Positions 35,801 through 46,519 are shown, counted from the first letter of the stretch. The stretch: DNA of 64,000 bases from Tetramitus jugosus (GCA_937625935.1 OW569385.1:310001-374000); one strand, 5' to 3'. Made by a program: numbers and translations. The notes: generated from the sequence alone by a model not told the origin.

Positions 35801-38185
35801 TGCAATGTTGTGATCGAAAAAAGAAAAGCTGTTATTGCTGAAGAAAATCGATCAAAAGGTGTACTACTCGAGGCAGCGAAACAGTTTAACCTGAACCGGA
35901 GTGCAGTATTAAAGAGAAGAGTATTCTTCTTTTGGAAAACCTTACAACTAAAAGAAATCAATGAGAGGAACGCCCTATTAGAACATCGTCGAATGTTAAT
36001 ACTAAAAAGTATGGTCGGTCTCTGGAGGAGAAGGTTGTGGTACCAAAAGAAGAAAACCGAAGAAAAATATTATTGGTTTTTCTCATGGAGACAAGCAGTT
36101 TCAGAAAGTAGAGCTAACAAGTATCACAGAATTCACTCAATCACGAAGGTATTCGGGAGGTGGAATCTTATGCTACAAATGGTAACAGAAGATAAACTGA
36201 CTCAAAGTTTTAGAGAAACTCACTTAGTGCGGCGATTCTTTCTTCATTGGAGAGATTCTTCTCCTTTAAGGAAAGAACAAGGTTCTTTCATATTCGGACT
36301 TGAGAGTAATCGAAAGATTCAAGTGTTCTCCGTCTGGAAAAGTCTCACGATTGTAAGTCGGCAACATGCAGCTGCAGATTCATTTAGGGATTACAATATC
36401 TTGAAAACCAGGTTCAAACAATGGAAAAGAGCATTGTATTGTAAGGATGTCATGACTCACATGTTCCATTTCCAAGCTCGGTCATATTTTACCGCTTTTA
36501 AATTGGGAATTCAAACAATGAGACATGAGAAGCAAACGCTTAGAGAGTACTTCCAATGGTGGACCCTATCTCTCGTCGAACGAGAGCACACAATTAAGAT
36601 TTTCGAGAAAAAGATGAATCGAAGACAGTTGGCAATTGGTTTCAACAATTGGAGGCAGGATGTCGATAGGAGTATCCAAGCGAGAGTTTTCTATCGGAAA
36701 ACAACTGCAATTCGATGTTGGAGAGAGTGGAAAGAGGGATTAACTCGCAAGCAAGTCGAGACTTCTCTCTTAGAGAAAACTTTCAGGGGTTTAAAACAGA
36801 TATATTGCGAACAAGCACATATCATTCCTGTAATCAAATTATATTTCAATCGATGGAGAAAACTCCTTCAACGTCGAAGTGAGATTGAGCATGAGGGAGA
36901 AACAGTACTAAGGAAGCTGTACTTTTCGAGATGGTTGTCGTCTCTTCGGAAATCGTGCAACAGGAGGATTTCGTCAAGATTTATTCTGTTGAGAGCCTTC
37001 CTTCAATCTTGGCAAGAAAGAACAATATGGAAAATACACGCTTCGAGGAATGAAGCAACCGCTGATGACTTCCACATATATTCTACAAAGAAAATCTTCT
37101 TTGAAAGAATGGTGAAGAACTACAAGGATATTCTTCACGACAGAGAAGTTTGTACAATACTGGATCAATTCAGAAAGAAACAAAACTTCAACCTCTGGCT
37201 GAGTAAAGTGAATACTATCGAGGAACAGAATAGCCTGGTCGTTCAGTTTAGGAACAGGAGGGATGTTGAGTTGTTAAAGCGAATAGTTCTTGCATGGAAG
37301 AAAGACCATCGCAACAAGATGAGAGTCACAGCTTGTTACAAAACTTTTGTTGTGTCTGTAACTCGAGGATTCTTCGAATCTTGGAAGGAAAGATATCTCA
37401 TATCTATGAAAACTAAGTTTGTTGAAGAACGATCGAAGAAATGGTTGAAGATGAGATGTATATTGTGGTGGAAACAAAGACAAAGAGAAAGTATTCAAAC
37501 TAGAATCAAGTGCGAAACGATCCGAAAATATTGGGATGCTTGGAAACTCTTTGTAGAGTACCAAAGGTACAGGAAGATCCGCCATTCTGTCAAACATCCT
37601 CCCTCTCAAGGAAAAAGGAAAAAATCACGAGTCAAGATGTACAAGAGTCACAGAGATAGCGAGAGAGCTGCCCCAGGCTTGTTCGAAAAGGATGTCCAGA
37701 CTAGCATGATTTTAAATTCCCAAGGAGCTCAAATAGTTGAACCTATCACAATCCAGGAATGTCACAATGACAGCGAGGAGAGCACAACCAAGAAAATGGT
37801 GCAAGAGAATGATGCTATCCCCCAGAGTCATCCTCCTGAAGCGATCACCACACCTCCAGAGAGTTCAAGTGAGTTTAGGAAACATGAAGAACTCATACTG
37901 CCTCCCATGACAACAGATATCATGAAGAAACCTTTCTCTCCTCCAACTCAAAAATTGAGTGAAGCTCTAAGTGATCTGCAGATACTCTTTAATAGCGGGG
38001 ATCCTAACTATGCTAGTCATTTACAGAGAGTGGCAGCCTCTCCACAAATCAAAAAACAGCTCCAAAAGGCCTTTGAAGACTATGACATGATAGATCCGTT
38101 CACCATTCATCAAAGAACGTTTGAACATACTCACAAAGATGGTGATCCGAGCCACACGCGACTTGTCCAAGAATTGCGGTACTAG
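32882..38185 (+). CDS. SFI1-like centrin-binding repeat protein
   Basis: Dozens of L..F..W[RK] repeats (LRTLFKKWRN, ILKTRFKQWKR, IRKYWDAWK) in a 1767-aa ORF. Confidence 0.78.
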   Translation: MIDHSALMSDSFIQNSDKLVKARQLFKENKMLSSPLRNSIQHLSELEQSLDLMSSAGESHQIPPYNVSGVSEKEIKADYRLMDDYKLDLYEQVKKGAKIPELYQQILHQEYTNTLKAEMHNRNLAELHRKQKYEQKMGMMRMRSVLKRVPKNSLRLKQLTLDDEDYTDDHDRFKTRELETNRSLELLREEILEEKEEDGLEDGSGTDDLKTVEEEDGSDVSRKCEHHHPGRSVIWEEDEPEEEISYEEQRWREDELVSQASKAPTVEYIIPSTSDAVSRLEEPEEYPIEEVNRTLTEESLSISPFDSPHESENSLSYHERREAENFVRSVETDELELYQNISPKTPPTVLRLPRDELSTSPTASYHSMIQSTLPSESLIRTPNPRPTFPRTPTEPEYLPSPTPEKHPLRGSSKDETFESENLKVPKRSSDTQTSNMIIAEKKAANTQTEKYSLGCFSDSFASIFGKSRSLSLPRSILGSSQGPMEDVTLSHEHRGEEGQDKSTFLRDFSNFPNEAEHTLPEQEKKYPCNSQSTSHANLSSIFEREPSKLLSPPFSQIHEHSQERVNASQFSIWSSNKRTDSIIPNPNSNTSSILLRGTPKIEEKETLQCPPRTLDYSEFAIRKPLDPFNEEGPFIKSSFSTPKSTIEHQTGTRSLVSTGRSKILHSFFQEPTTKATISDLFERMRAFEENRNGKMIEYYFKKWYIHYRALKLYQQSIQNRVLLGLKRNISLSSQEEVERGVKIRFFRSWKHHCRHSIFERKMGQLIHQSYRSMLIRKSLEWVNIQLSHLHLGHRCSQFVYEKEQLRLRTLFKKWRNDSKSQVVNRQRVFSSCFNHWRILQQTNRVVRRTILSKYFRMMVDLVESIRTSNVELQIADSNHTRALITKHFKMWVEKRKRIEKKNCLIPHFKALKLNIYQNQEELSVNQEVIMRSVQAYVFRKWRMKVLKKNKERVALLVRMYFLRRRTFSQWIQKCNVVIEKRKAVIAEENRSKGVLLEAAKQFNLNRSAVLKRRVFFFWKTLQLKEINERNALLEHRRMLILKSMVGLWRRRLWYQKKKTEEKYYWFFSWRQAVSESRANKYHRIHSITKVFGRWNLMLQMVTEDKLTQSFRETHLVRRFFLHWRDSSPLRKEQGSFIFGLESNRKIQVFSVWKSLTIVSRQHAAADSFRDYNILKTRFKQWKRALYCKDVMTHMFHFQARSYFTAFKLGIQTMRHEKQTLREYFQWWTLSLVEREHTIKIFEKKMNRRQLAIGFNNWRQDVDRSIQARVFYRKTTAIRCWREWKEGLTRKQVETSLLEKTFRGLKQIYCEQAHIIPVIKLYFNRWRKLLQRRSEIEHEGETVLRKLYFSRWLSSLRKSCNRRISSRFILLRAFLQSWQERTIWKIHASRNEATADDFHIYSTKKIFFERMVKNYKDILHDREVCTILDQFRKKQNFNLWLSKVNTIEEQNSLVVQFRNRRDVELLKRIVLAWKKDHRNKMRVTACYKTFVVSVTRGFFESWKERYLISMKTKFVEERSKKWLKMRCILWWKQRQRESIQTRIKCETIRKYWDAWKLFVEYQRYRKIRHSVKHPPSQGKRKKSRVKMYKSHRDSERAAPGLFEKDVQTSMILNSQGAQIVEPITIQECHNDSEESTTKKMVQENDAIPQSHPPEAITTPPESSSEFRKHEELILPPMTTDIMKKPFSPPTQKLSEALSDLQILFNSGDPNYASHLQRVAASPQIKKQLQKAFEDYDMIDPFTIHQRTFEHTHKDGDPSHTRLVQELRY

Positions 38186-38217
38186 CTAGTAAAAGCTACA
38201 ATGATCTTCACCTATGA

Positions 38218-39843
38218 TCACAACTTTATATCTGCGAGATCAAGCTTGTACATTTGTTGATTATAGTTGTATCTAGGAGTCGGATGTGCCTTGTCGAATG
38301 TATTCACGTAGGTTCCTTCAAAGAAAATGATTCGACCATCTTGTTGATCAAACAAGGAATAGTGAACTGGATTGTAAAAATCTCTGGTCTTGTGTGTCAC
38401 GACTTTCTTGGCATAAACATATGGTCCATGAGGCTCGTCAGCTTCCGAGTACCACACCTCACCAATGAAACTTGATTCTCCAAATGATTGTTCTGCAATC
38501 ATCACATACTTCTTTCGATATTGGTTCCAGGATACTGAGCCTGCAGCCGCCAAAATATTCTTTGATGGATCATCGACAGATCTTAATTGTAAATAATAGG
38601 CTTCGTCCCTCTTGATTACTCCCTTCTCTACGAGCGTGTTCAATTGATAGATTGTAAGAGGACTCGTATTCACCTTCCATGACCAAATCAATTTTCCGTC
38701 ATCCCCTCTATCCAATTGGATGGCGTTCAAGTCATTATTAGGAATGGTGGTGGATGGTTTAAGGCACGTGAATGCCTCGTAGGACGATAACTGAGTGAAT
38801 CCCTCCACTGAAGCTTTACAGCGAATCATTGGATATGGTTGACCAAAATAAACGTAATTGTCTACAATAAGAGGATGACCGCCATCCACAGGCCAAATAT
38901 GATCCCTTCCATACGCCAATACATCAGCAATTTTTTCAAATTGTGTCAACTTTTCATTCCATCTAATCAATCCTCTCTTCTCTGCAACATCACCATTTGG
39001 TGGCTTATAATATGCTCCCATCATGTGTTCAGTCCCCTGTGCATCCCGTAAACTTACAATATCATGAATCCAGGTGGGTTCACTTAATGGTTCGATGGGT
39101 GCCATGGGTTTTACAAAGCTCGATTCTCCTCTAATTGATCTGTCTCGAGTCGCTTGAGAGTGGTGTGTATTGATCTTTTGAGAGTTGTCATCTGTTGTGA
39201 TGTATGATATATTCAGACCAAATTCAATGTTCAATTGACTCTGATCAATAGTGGCGCCTGTTGCATGAAAGTTACCGAGTACGTAACTCGGTTTTAATGT
39301 ATCTCCATAGAACATGTATATCCTGTTCTTGAACAGGCACATCATGGAACTATCTAAACCCATGACCTGAGAATTAATCAGAAACTTCTTGTACGCAAAA
39401 TCAGTAGCAATCTTGCCATTCTGTATCGATTCTCCCACCATCAACGAGTCCCTATATATCCCTTCACCTGTCGAGCGATACAATCGGTGAGCAATCTGCG
39501 TACGAGTCATGTTCAACACTGTACGACCACCAGAGGACACAAACACGGCAGCACCAGAGAAACCAATGGCATCCTTTTCAAACTCGTAACCGTCAGCCAC
39601 AATCTCAAAGTACACTGTCGAATCCATGAGTCCCAACTCAAAGAATGCTACCACGCCGTTACTGTCGGTGAAATGAGAGATCATGTTGGTTGTGGTCAGG
39701 TTTACCATTGGAATTCCCCTCTGTGTCTCCTTGTCAACCACCTTTATTGTGTGATAAGGAGATGACATCTTTGAAGTAACCACCTGCATGAGCACCAGTA
39801 ACAAGAATAAGACGGGCAACGACAAAAAGCTATTCTTTGGCAT
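38218..39843 (-). CDS. Secreted bacterial-type hypothetical protein (carboxypeptidase-regulatory-like N-domain plus putative beta-propeller)
   Basis: Signal peptide MPKNSFLSLPVLFLLLVLMQVVTS, then TDSNGVVAF, RLYRSTGEGIYRDS, FYGDT...LGNFHATGA, FYNPVH and YNYNQQMYKLDL. Intronless. Confidence 0.7.
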   Translation of the reverse strand: MPKNSFLSLPVLFLLLVLMQVVTSKMSSPYHTIKVVDKETQRGIPMVNLTTTNMISHFTDSNGVVAFFELGLMDSTVYFEIVADGYEFEKDAIGFSGAAVFVSSGGRTVLNMTRTQIAHRLYRSTGEGIYRDSLMVGESIQNGKIATDFAYKKFLINSQVMGLDSSMMCLFKNRIYMFYGDTLKPSYVLGNFHATGATIDQSQLNIEFGLNISYITTDDNSQKINTHHSQATRDRSIRGESSFVKPMAPIEPLSEPTWIHDIVSLRDAQGTEHMMGAYYKPPNGDVAEKRGLIRWNEKLTQFEKIADVLAYGRDHIWPVDGGHPLIVDNYVYFGQPYPMIRCKASVEGFTQLSSYEAFTCLKPSTTIPNNDLNAIQLDRGDDGKLIWSWKVNTSPLTIYQLNTLVEKGVIKRDEAYYLQLRSVDDPSKNILAAAGSVSWNQYRKKYVMIAEQSFGESSFIGEVWYSEADEPHGPYVYAKKVVTHKTRDFYNPVHYSLFDQQDGRIIFFEGTYVNTFDKAHPTPRYNYNQQMYKLDLADIKL

Positions 39844-39963
39844 CTGGAAACAAACAAGCAAGATCAATGGTATTGTTCTTGAAATAATTGTTCTTTGACG
39901 GAGGACAAATTCAGAAAAAAAAGGTGCCCAATTCAGCAAGGAGAAATTTTCGAGTGTGTGAAA

Positions 39964-40314
39964 ATGATGAACGACGCAAACAATAATGTGGTGCAACAAG
40001 AAGAAGAACAAGTCAATCTTCCATGTCATGAAGATTTGAATCAAACTCCAATTCCAGAGCAAAATCAAGATCAAGCCAACATAAAGAAGGTGGTTCAAGT
40101 TCGTGATGTCAACAAGCTCATACCCATCATCAACCAGGATTATCGTGGCAGAAGGAGACATAAGCTACAGCCTGTTGTGGAGTGGCGCGAAATCACGCCT
40201 GAAATGAGAAATAAATCCCTAGTGAAGAAGATGCGGCGGGAAAGGAAACAAATAAAGAGCGCCAAGAAAGCGCGGGAGAAGCAACTGCTTGTTCAGGACT
40301 CGACCAAAGAATAA
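39964..40314 (+). CDS. Small basic hypothetical protein
   Basis: ATG at 39964, coding-like Q/N-rich start and K/R-rich end, divergent from the secreted-protein gene. Confidence 0.55.
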   Translation: MMNDANNNVVQQEEEQVNLPCHEDLNQTPIPEQNQDQANIKKVVQVRDVNKLIPIINQDYRGRRRHKLQPVVEWREITPEMRNKSLVKKMRRERKQIKSAKKAREKQLLVQDSTKE

Positions 40315-40391
40315 AGTTGAAGAGTTTTTGTTCAAGCTTATTTGCTTATTTTTGTTCGTTGGCTGCAGCGATGAATAAAGGAATTGTTGTA

Positions 40392-41348
40392 TTAATTCTT
40401 CCAATTGAGACCAGAATCTCTTCTCAGTGGCACTTCTGTTCTCATTTGTTCAATGATTTGACCGTCGACAACAAAGCTCAAGAAATCATTCTTGGCGTCT
40501 CCCAGTTTCTTCACTTCGAGACGGTTCGGGATGAGCCATGGAGGAGTGACCATACTGTTGCCCAACATGTTCACTGTCAACACATAGAACTGATTCTCGA
40601 GAGCTCTCACTGTGGAGAACATGGGCCAACTGCTGCTATACTCGTCCAATGGGAAAGAAGCCGGATGAAGCACCAAGTCACATCCCAAACGAGCCAATCG
40701 CCTGAAATGTTCAGGAAAACGAAAGTCGTAGCAAATGGACATGCCAACACGAATACCCTGAGGCATATCAAAACAAAGATCACTGTCGTTACAATCACCC
40801 CTTACAAAATACTTATCCTCCCGACAGTCACCAAACGAACACAAGTGTTGCTTGTTGTATACAAGCTCTACAAGTCCATTGTTATTCATGACACACTGAG
40901 CAACAGTTCTCTGATCACCATTCAACCTTCTTTGAAAGCCAAAACAAACAAAGCACTGAAGCTCCTTGGCCAACTTGCTAAAATGATAAAAGCTTGGTGC
41001 ACTTTGAGAACAGTGCTCATCAGAACTAGCCAAAATCTCAGTTTCCAAACAAGAGCTACTACCACCACCATCCTTGTTCTTTTCAACAAAAAGTTCTGTG
41101 ACTTGATCCAATGGCGCTACAAATGATTTTTCATCGTAGGTACAAGAAGACAACTCACACAGTACGTAGAGCACAGGACATGACGACGAGTCCGACAACA
41201 TGTTGTCGTTCTTGCTTTGTTCATTTCGATGAAATGATCGAATGAGATTACTAGCATGAACAATATTTTCAACCAATTGTTCTCTCGTGGTTGCCACATG
41301 AGGATTCACAACTTGCAATGCCACAACAAGCACTTGTTTCTTTGTCAT
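40392..41348 (-). CDS. Carbon-nitrogen hydrolase (nitrilase superfamily, Nit/omega-amidase-like)
   Basis: Catalytic triad motifs LCELSS (E), YNKQHL (K) and ICYDFRFPE (C), plus RALENQFYV. Confidence 0.9.
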   Translation of the reverse strand: MTKKQVLVVALQVVNPHVATTREQLVENIVHASNLIRSFHRNEQSKNDNMLSDSSSCPVLYVLCELSSCTYDEKSFVAPLDQVTELFVEKNKDGGGSSSCLETEILASSDEHCSQSAPSFYHFSKLAKELQCFVCFGFQRRLNGDQRTVAQCVMNNNGLVELVYNKQHLCSFGDCREDKYFVRGDCNDSDLCFDMPQGIRVGMSICYDFRFPEHFRRLARLGCDLVLHPASFPLDEYSSSWPMFSTVRALENQFYVLTVNMLGNSMVTPPWLIPNRLEVKKLGDAKNDFLSFVVDGQIIEQMRTEVPLRRDSGLNWKN

Positions 41349-41472
41349 CTGATGGTGCTGTTTTTTCTGAATTGTTCCAAATATTTCCGTCCAGTCAGGT
41401 CCAATCTGCAAGCAAGATGAATGGGTCAAAAAGTCAATTTGACTTGTTCATTTATTGAGGACATTATTGAGT

Positions 41473-42177
41473 TCACCACTTTTCTGTATGTGGTCTGACG
41501 TCCAATTCATGAGTCCAGACTGACGGATCTTGAGTGTGCAAATTCCAATACACATCTGCCAAGGCATCCGGATTGAGCAAGGTTGCCTTATCCTTGTTCT
41601 TTACAAAATCCGAACCTGTGTCAATGATTCCATCAACAATGACATGAGAAACGTGAACACCCTTTGGGCCAAACTCACGAGCCATGGATTGTGCCAAAGA
41701 TCTCAGACCAAACTTACCGACAGACAAGTTGACAAATCCACTGCCACTTCTCAAACTTGCTGTAGCTCCAGTGATCAAGAATGTTCCTTTCTTGGCTTCC
41801 AACATGTCAGGAATGACATGCTTGGCCGCAATAAAACAACCCGTGCAATTGACATCGAAACTTTGTTTAAATTCGGAAACAGATGTATCCAGAATACTCT
41901 TCATCGAAAAGACACCAGCATTGTACACAAAGAGAGAAGGTGATCCGACATCGGATCGAATCTTATCGAACGCTTCTTTCATACTCTGTTCATTTGAGGC
42001 ATCTGCTTGTACAGCCAGTGCTTTCCCACCAGATGTTTCAATCTGAGAAACGAGAGAAGCGAGTTTGTCCGCATTTCGCGCCATGACAACAACCGTAAAT
42101 CCCTGACGAGAGAAATTTTTGGCTAGGGAGAAGCCTAAGCCTGGTCCTACACCCAATATGGCTGCCACTTTGTTCAT
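41473..42177 (-). CDS. Short-chain dehydrogenase/reductase
   Basis: GVGPGLG Rossmann motif, VYNAG, TGATASLR, KFGLRSLAQSMAREFGPKGVHV and WTHELDVRP. Confidence 0.93.
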   Translation of the reverse strand: MNKVAAILGVGPGLGFSLAKNFSRQGFTVVVMARNADKLASLVSQIETSGGKALAVQADASNEQSMKEAFDKIRSDVGSPSLFVYNAGVFSMKSILDTSVSEFKQSFDVNCTGCFIAAKHVIPDMLEAKKGTFLITGATASLRSGSGFVNLSVGKFGLRSLAQSMAREFGPKGVHVSHVIVDGIIDTGSDFVKNKDKATLLNPDALADVYWNLHTQDPSVWTHELDVRPHTEKW

Positions 42178-42362
42178 CCTTGTGTTTTGGTAATCGTTTT
42201 GTTTTTCAAGAAGAGGAGGATCTGAGATCAATCTGATCATCCGCTTATCGGGAAAAACAACTGTCCCAAGTGGAGTTTGTCCTTTATTTCATGAAACCGA
42301 ATACTTGGTACTTCAGGAACGCTATTTGGTGAAGCACCTAACATGCTCGAACCTCAATTGAA

Positions 42363-43055
42363 CTACTTCAGTATCTTATCCTTCCATTCAAATGCCAGAT
42401 AAATGATGTCATCTATGTGGGCACAATTTAAAACGAAATCGATTGGATCCATGTCCTTTGGTGTGTCATTCACTAACATAGAGAACTTTTCAAGGAACAT
42501 GTCCAGGCACTCACGGTCCATTTGCAAAAAATAAAAGAGTGTTGGGGTCAATTTTTTGCGCAGTGAGATGCCCTCCATAGTCTTTTGGATTCTAAGCACC
42601 TGGGCTCGGTAATCGTTCAAGTATTCTTCCTTTTCCTGCTGTGCTTGATAGTTCATTGCCTTCACTTGTTCTTCTGGTGCATCGGTGAAGAATGTCCATG
42701 CGTAACGATTGGGTTCCACTACCTCAAAACGAAATTCAAAAGTGAATTGGGTTTCAGTCTCCCAACCAGTGATATCTTTGACAGAGTACTGATGTTTCTC
42801 CAGGCGAGCCAGGATATCGGTAATCGCTTCTTCCATGTCAATAAATCCTTCTCCGGACACCCCAGTAAAGGTGTTAAATGTATAATTTGAGATTAGGATC
42901 TCCTGGTCACTTTCCTCTGGGGACATGGCCTGGTAGATAATGTCAATCGCGACGTGTTCATTGCAGCGAGGATCCCACGTTATATCCTGGATTTGAATTG
43001 TGTTGTAGTTGCTGAGAAGTCGCTGTACAATTAGGCGTTCGTCTGTGCTGGACAT
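42363..43055 (-). CDS. Hypothetical protein
   Basis: 230-aa ATG ORF with globular composition. No motif recognised. Confidence 0.65.
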   Translation of the reverse strand: MSSTDERLIVQRLLSNYNTIQIQDITWDPRCNEHVAIDIIYQAMSPEESDQEILISNYTFNTFTGVSGEGFIDMEEAITDILARLEKHQYSVKDITGWETETQFTFEFRFEVVEPNRYAWTFFTDAPEEQVKAMNYQAQQEKEEYLNDYRAQVLRIQKTMEGISLRKKLTPTLFYFLQMDRECLDMFLEKFSMLVNDTPKDMDPIDFVLNCAHIDDIIYLAFEWKDKILK

Positions 43056-43234
43056 GTGTGGGAGTCAGTTCTCTGTTGTTTTAAGTTATCTTTCTTTTGG
43101 AAAGTCTGGTGGCACCATTGACACACTCCAAAGGTGTTGCTGAAAAGCAATTTTTTTCTGGAATGTGCAAAGACCCGCGAAATTGGGCCAATCTACAGAA
43201 TACTGGCCGATACGAAACAATTTTGTTAAAATTC

Positions 43235-44503
43235 TCATGAGAATGAGAAGGAAATATCCGAAAGCTTGTGATCCCTCAGTCGATCAACCAATAATGAAAA
43301 TGTTGGATGTTTTTGAGGACTAATGACGGCAGCCATGAAATTGAATCCTGTTTCCATGTGAGTGATCGTCATGCGCATCGAACTCAAGTCAACAATGGAC
43401 TCTCTGTTTAGTGAATCCAGTCGATGTACGACCGATCGATCATATATCACATACAAGAAGTCTTTGGAACCTTGCAATTCTAATCGGCTGTAACTAGTGT
43501 TCTTATCTGGAATATTCAATGGAGACATATTGCAATAGTATTCGTACAAAATAGATCCAGCACCAAGTATCTGTGAATTGTCACTTGATATGACAATTGT
43601 TCGATTCGCCATTTCGTCTACAAACAATTTGGAAATTGGGAAAGGCACATCGACTTGATGCCACAAACACCTTGAAGCACGAGTACCATCTGCCAACTCT
43701 CCATTATCATTACCTCCTACTGTAAACAGCCTTCCTCGCGTAGTGAGAACAACGGTATGAAAACGGCCAAGACCAATATCTTCTATCAATTCTCCATCAT
43801 CTAAAATGAGCGAGGTTACCCGGCTAAAGGTTGGTTGTGGCACTACACGATCTATTGCCCCCAGTTGTCCACTGTTATTGGATCCTGTCATGAAAATTTT
43901 TCTACGATCTACGACAATGCACGTATGACAAGGACTTGCCTTCATGTGAGTGATTCTCGATAGTCTCCTATCACAACCATTACTCCTGTTCATAAACTCA
44001 TAGACCGGTGTAAAGTAATCACGCTTACCAATCATCTCTTGACCAATTCCCAATTGTCCACCATTGTTGGACCCTCGACTAAACACCCATCGATCATTAA
44101 TCACCACGTAGACACAATAGCCTCCACAAACAAGTCTCGTGATTCGATTCGGGTTCAAATCTCCTCCCACAAGTATCCTTGACAAGTCATCACCCCAATC
44201 TATCTCGACCCAATCATCGGTGGAATTGAACTCTTCACTCTTGCTCAAAAACTCACACGATATTGAATCCCCAATGCCAAACAACCGATTATGGTTTGTG
44301 CATATGACCACGAATCTTTCACCACATGCTAAATGAGTCAAGTACTCCTGTCCAGATGACATCTGATGCTGCAACAGTGCCGGTGGAAGTGGAAGATGAG
44401 CCACCTGAGAATCAGGGCTTCGTTCCAACTTACTCTGGTCAATTTGTTCCACGGCGAACAGTGTCTGGTTTCCAAATATGAGTATGTATTGATCAACAAG
44501 CAT
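43235..44503 (-). CDS. RCC1-repeat protein
   Basis: Repeats GSNNGGQLGIG, GSNNSGQLG, GGNDNGELADG, LACGERF and GRFHTVVLT, with a C-terminal LSDISF motif. Confidence 0.85.
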   Translation of the reverse strand: MLVDQYILIFGNQTLFAVEQIDQSKLERSPDSQVAHLPLPPALLQHQMSSGQEYLTHLACGERFVVICTNHNRLFGIGDSISCEFLSKSEEFNSTDDWVEIDWGDDLSRILVGGDLNPNRITRLVCGGYCVYVVINDRWVFSRGSNNGGQLGIGQEMIGKRDYFTPVYEFMNRSNGCDRRLSRITHMKASPCHTCIVVDRRKIFMTGSNNSGQLGAIDRVVPQPTFSRVTSLILDDGELIEDIGLGRFHTVVLTTRGRLFTVGGNDNGELADGTRASRCLWHQVDVPFPISKLFVDEMANRTIVISSDNSQILGAGSILYEYYCNMSPLNIPDKNTSYSRLELQGSKDFLYVIYDRSVVHRLDSLNRESIVDLSSMRMTITHMETGFNFMAAVISPQKHPTFSLLVDRLRDHKLSDISFSFS

Positions 44504-44676
44504 TTATTCTTGATTGTAATTCTATTTGGTTTGGTGACTGAAAACAATTGTTTGCTCGACATGAAAAATGGTTCGGTTGCCAGAGTTCCATCCCGCACGA
44601 AGGAACAAAAGCTCATCGTAAAAATTCACTTCAAACTATGTTGATGCCTCGGAACACTAACACACGTTAGAAGTTA

Positions 44677-45400
44677 CTAGACACAGCAACCTGCAGTAGA
44701 TGTTGAATTTACCTGGTTGTATGGATATGATACAATGGGAATTTTGCTGGGAGTATTGGCTCTGAATGGAACTTCAGTCTGGTCTGTTGACATGCGCTCC
44801 AAAATCTCATCGTAGTTTTCCTTACATTTCTGGGCAAGGACTTTCATGCATTCCTCAATATTGATGTTGGCTTTGGCACTAACTTTGAAAACACCACAGA
44901 AGCCATGTTTTCTGCAAAATTCTTCATCAGGAGACTCTACCTCGAACAAATCACACTTGCTTCCAACAAGCAAGGTTGGAATAAGTTTTCGAGTGACTGG
45001 GGTTAACACTTTCGAATCTATATCCGCCTTCCATTGAACACAATCACGTAGGGAATCTGATCGAGTTACATCATACACCACTATTGCAGCCAGTGCATCT
45101 CGATAGTACGCTCGAGTCAATGATTTGAAGCGTTCTTGTCCAGCAATGTCCCATAATTGCAGCTGGATGTTTGACTTTGAGTCATATGATTGTGTTCGCG
45201 AAAGGAAATCTGCTCCAATCTACTGTAATGTGTTAAACTCAGATTTGTGGCTCCATATTCCATGAGAAGAATCATCTACTTACAGTTCCTTTATACATTG
45301 GACTAAAAACATTGGATGCATATCTCCTGATGATGCTACTTTTGCCAACAAAACAATCACCGACTACAATAACTTTAAAGTCTAGGGTTTTGGGACTCAT
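44677..45400 (-). CDS. Rab32/38/29-like small GTPase
   Basis: Exon 1 MSPKTLDFKVIVVGDCFVGKSS...YKGT, intron 45220-45283, then IGADF...LWDIAGQERF (Rab32-type WDIAGQE). Also SKCDL, VSAK and a C-terminal GCCV prenylation site. Confidence 0.88.
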
Positions 45401-45720
45401 TTTTGTTAGATCCGTTATCTGACTTGGTGTTGCGAGATGTTAGGTTGAATTGGTTTGGTTTGGATTGTCCAATTAGGTCAACCTGGTTGCAGAAAAACTC
45501 GTGTGAAAATCCCGGGAGGAGAAACATGGACCATTCACAGTTCTTTCTGCAAGCCTCCTTGGAACTCACTGAATTTTGTGTCATCAATCATAGAACTCAC
45601 TCTTTGGCCGCAAAGAGCTGCCCAACAACCAGCGAAGATTCTTCTTTAAGAACAACTAAAACTTAGGAGCTTTGAACAAAATCGTGGTCATCAAGATTGA
45701 GAAATGGTAGTACACTGTTT

Positions 45721-46369
45721 TTACTTCTTGTCTACTTGAAGATTCCTTGTGGCCTTTGGCAGAGTCACCGTCATACCCTCCAATTCCTTTGTAACAATAA
45801 TTTGACATCCCAATCGAGACAATGGCGTCAATCCATACGCCAAATCCAACATGTCTTCCTCTTCTTCAGCAGGCTCTGGCAATTTTACAAAATTTTCTTC
45901 ATCAACATACACGTGACACGTAGAGCATGCCAACGAGCACTCACAAGCTCCCTCCAAATCAATATCATTGGCATGAGCCACCAACAAAATATTTTCTCCG
46001 ATTGGCGCTTGAACCGTAGTTTTTACGCCTTTTTGATCCACAAAATGAATTTTCACACTACACTCGCACACACATCGTGAACATTCAACATTTCAAAAAT
46101 GAAAATAAATTCACCACCAATTTCAAGAAACATAAACAAAAGTCATCATAGATCAAAAAAAAATGCAAGTTAGCTTCATTCATGACAACAAAGATGAATT
46201 CGAAAGAAGAGGGCAGAATCTGATGGTTTGGTTTAAACAAAACATACGTTTCTCCTGATAAGTGGGAAGAGCTAGAGTGCAGTCTCATTTGTGTTTGGAG
46301 AAATCTCCGATTGGCGGGGAAATAGCTATTGTGTACGGATGAAATTCGGTTCAGTGCTTGTCTCAACAT
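45721..46369 (-). CDS. Mitochondrial [2Fe-2S] ferredoxin (adrenodoxin/Yah1-type)
   Basis: [27 protein letters not shown] and SRLGCQI motifs. Presequence exon joined through intron 46058-46247. Confidence 0.93.
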
Positions 46370-46519
46370 AGTAGTTTGATATATGATTGTTCAATGTGGT
46401 TGGTTGTTGTTCAATTATTTCAAAAATTTTCTTTTTTGCAATTTGCTTTTTGCGATTTCACACGGAGTTTTAGTGTTGTTCAAAAATTTTATCCGATTTG
46501 CGGAATGGCGCCATTGTAT

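Noticed and set aside
39844-40161. Hydrophobic N-terminal extension of the 647-aa ORF
   Set aside because: It is largely antisense to the A-rich divergent small gene. The signal peptide begins at ATG 39843.
40317-41126. 269-aa antisense ORF over the nitrilase (similarly 59070-59834 over RPL21 and 30917-31567 over the p62-like gene)
   Set aside because: These are shadow ORFs arising from the codon bias of the sense gene, with non-ATG or unsupported starts and no motifs.
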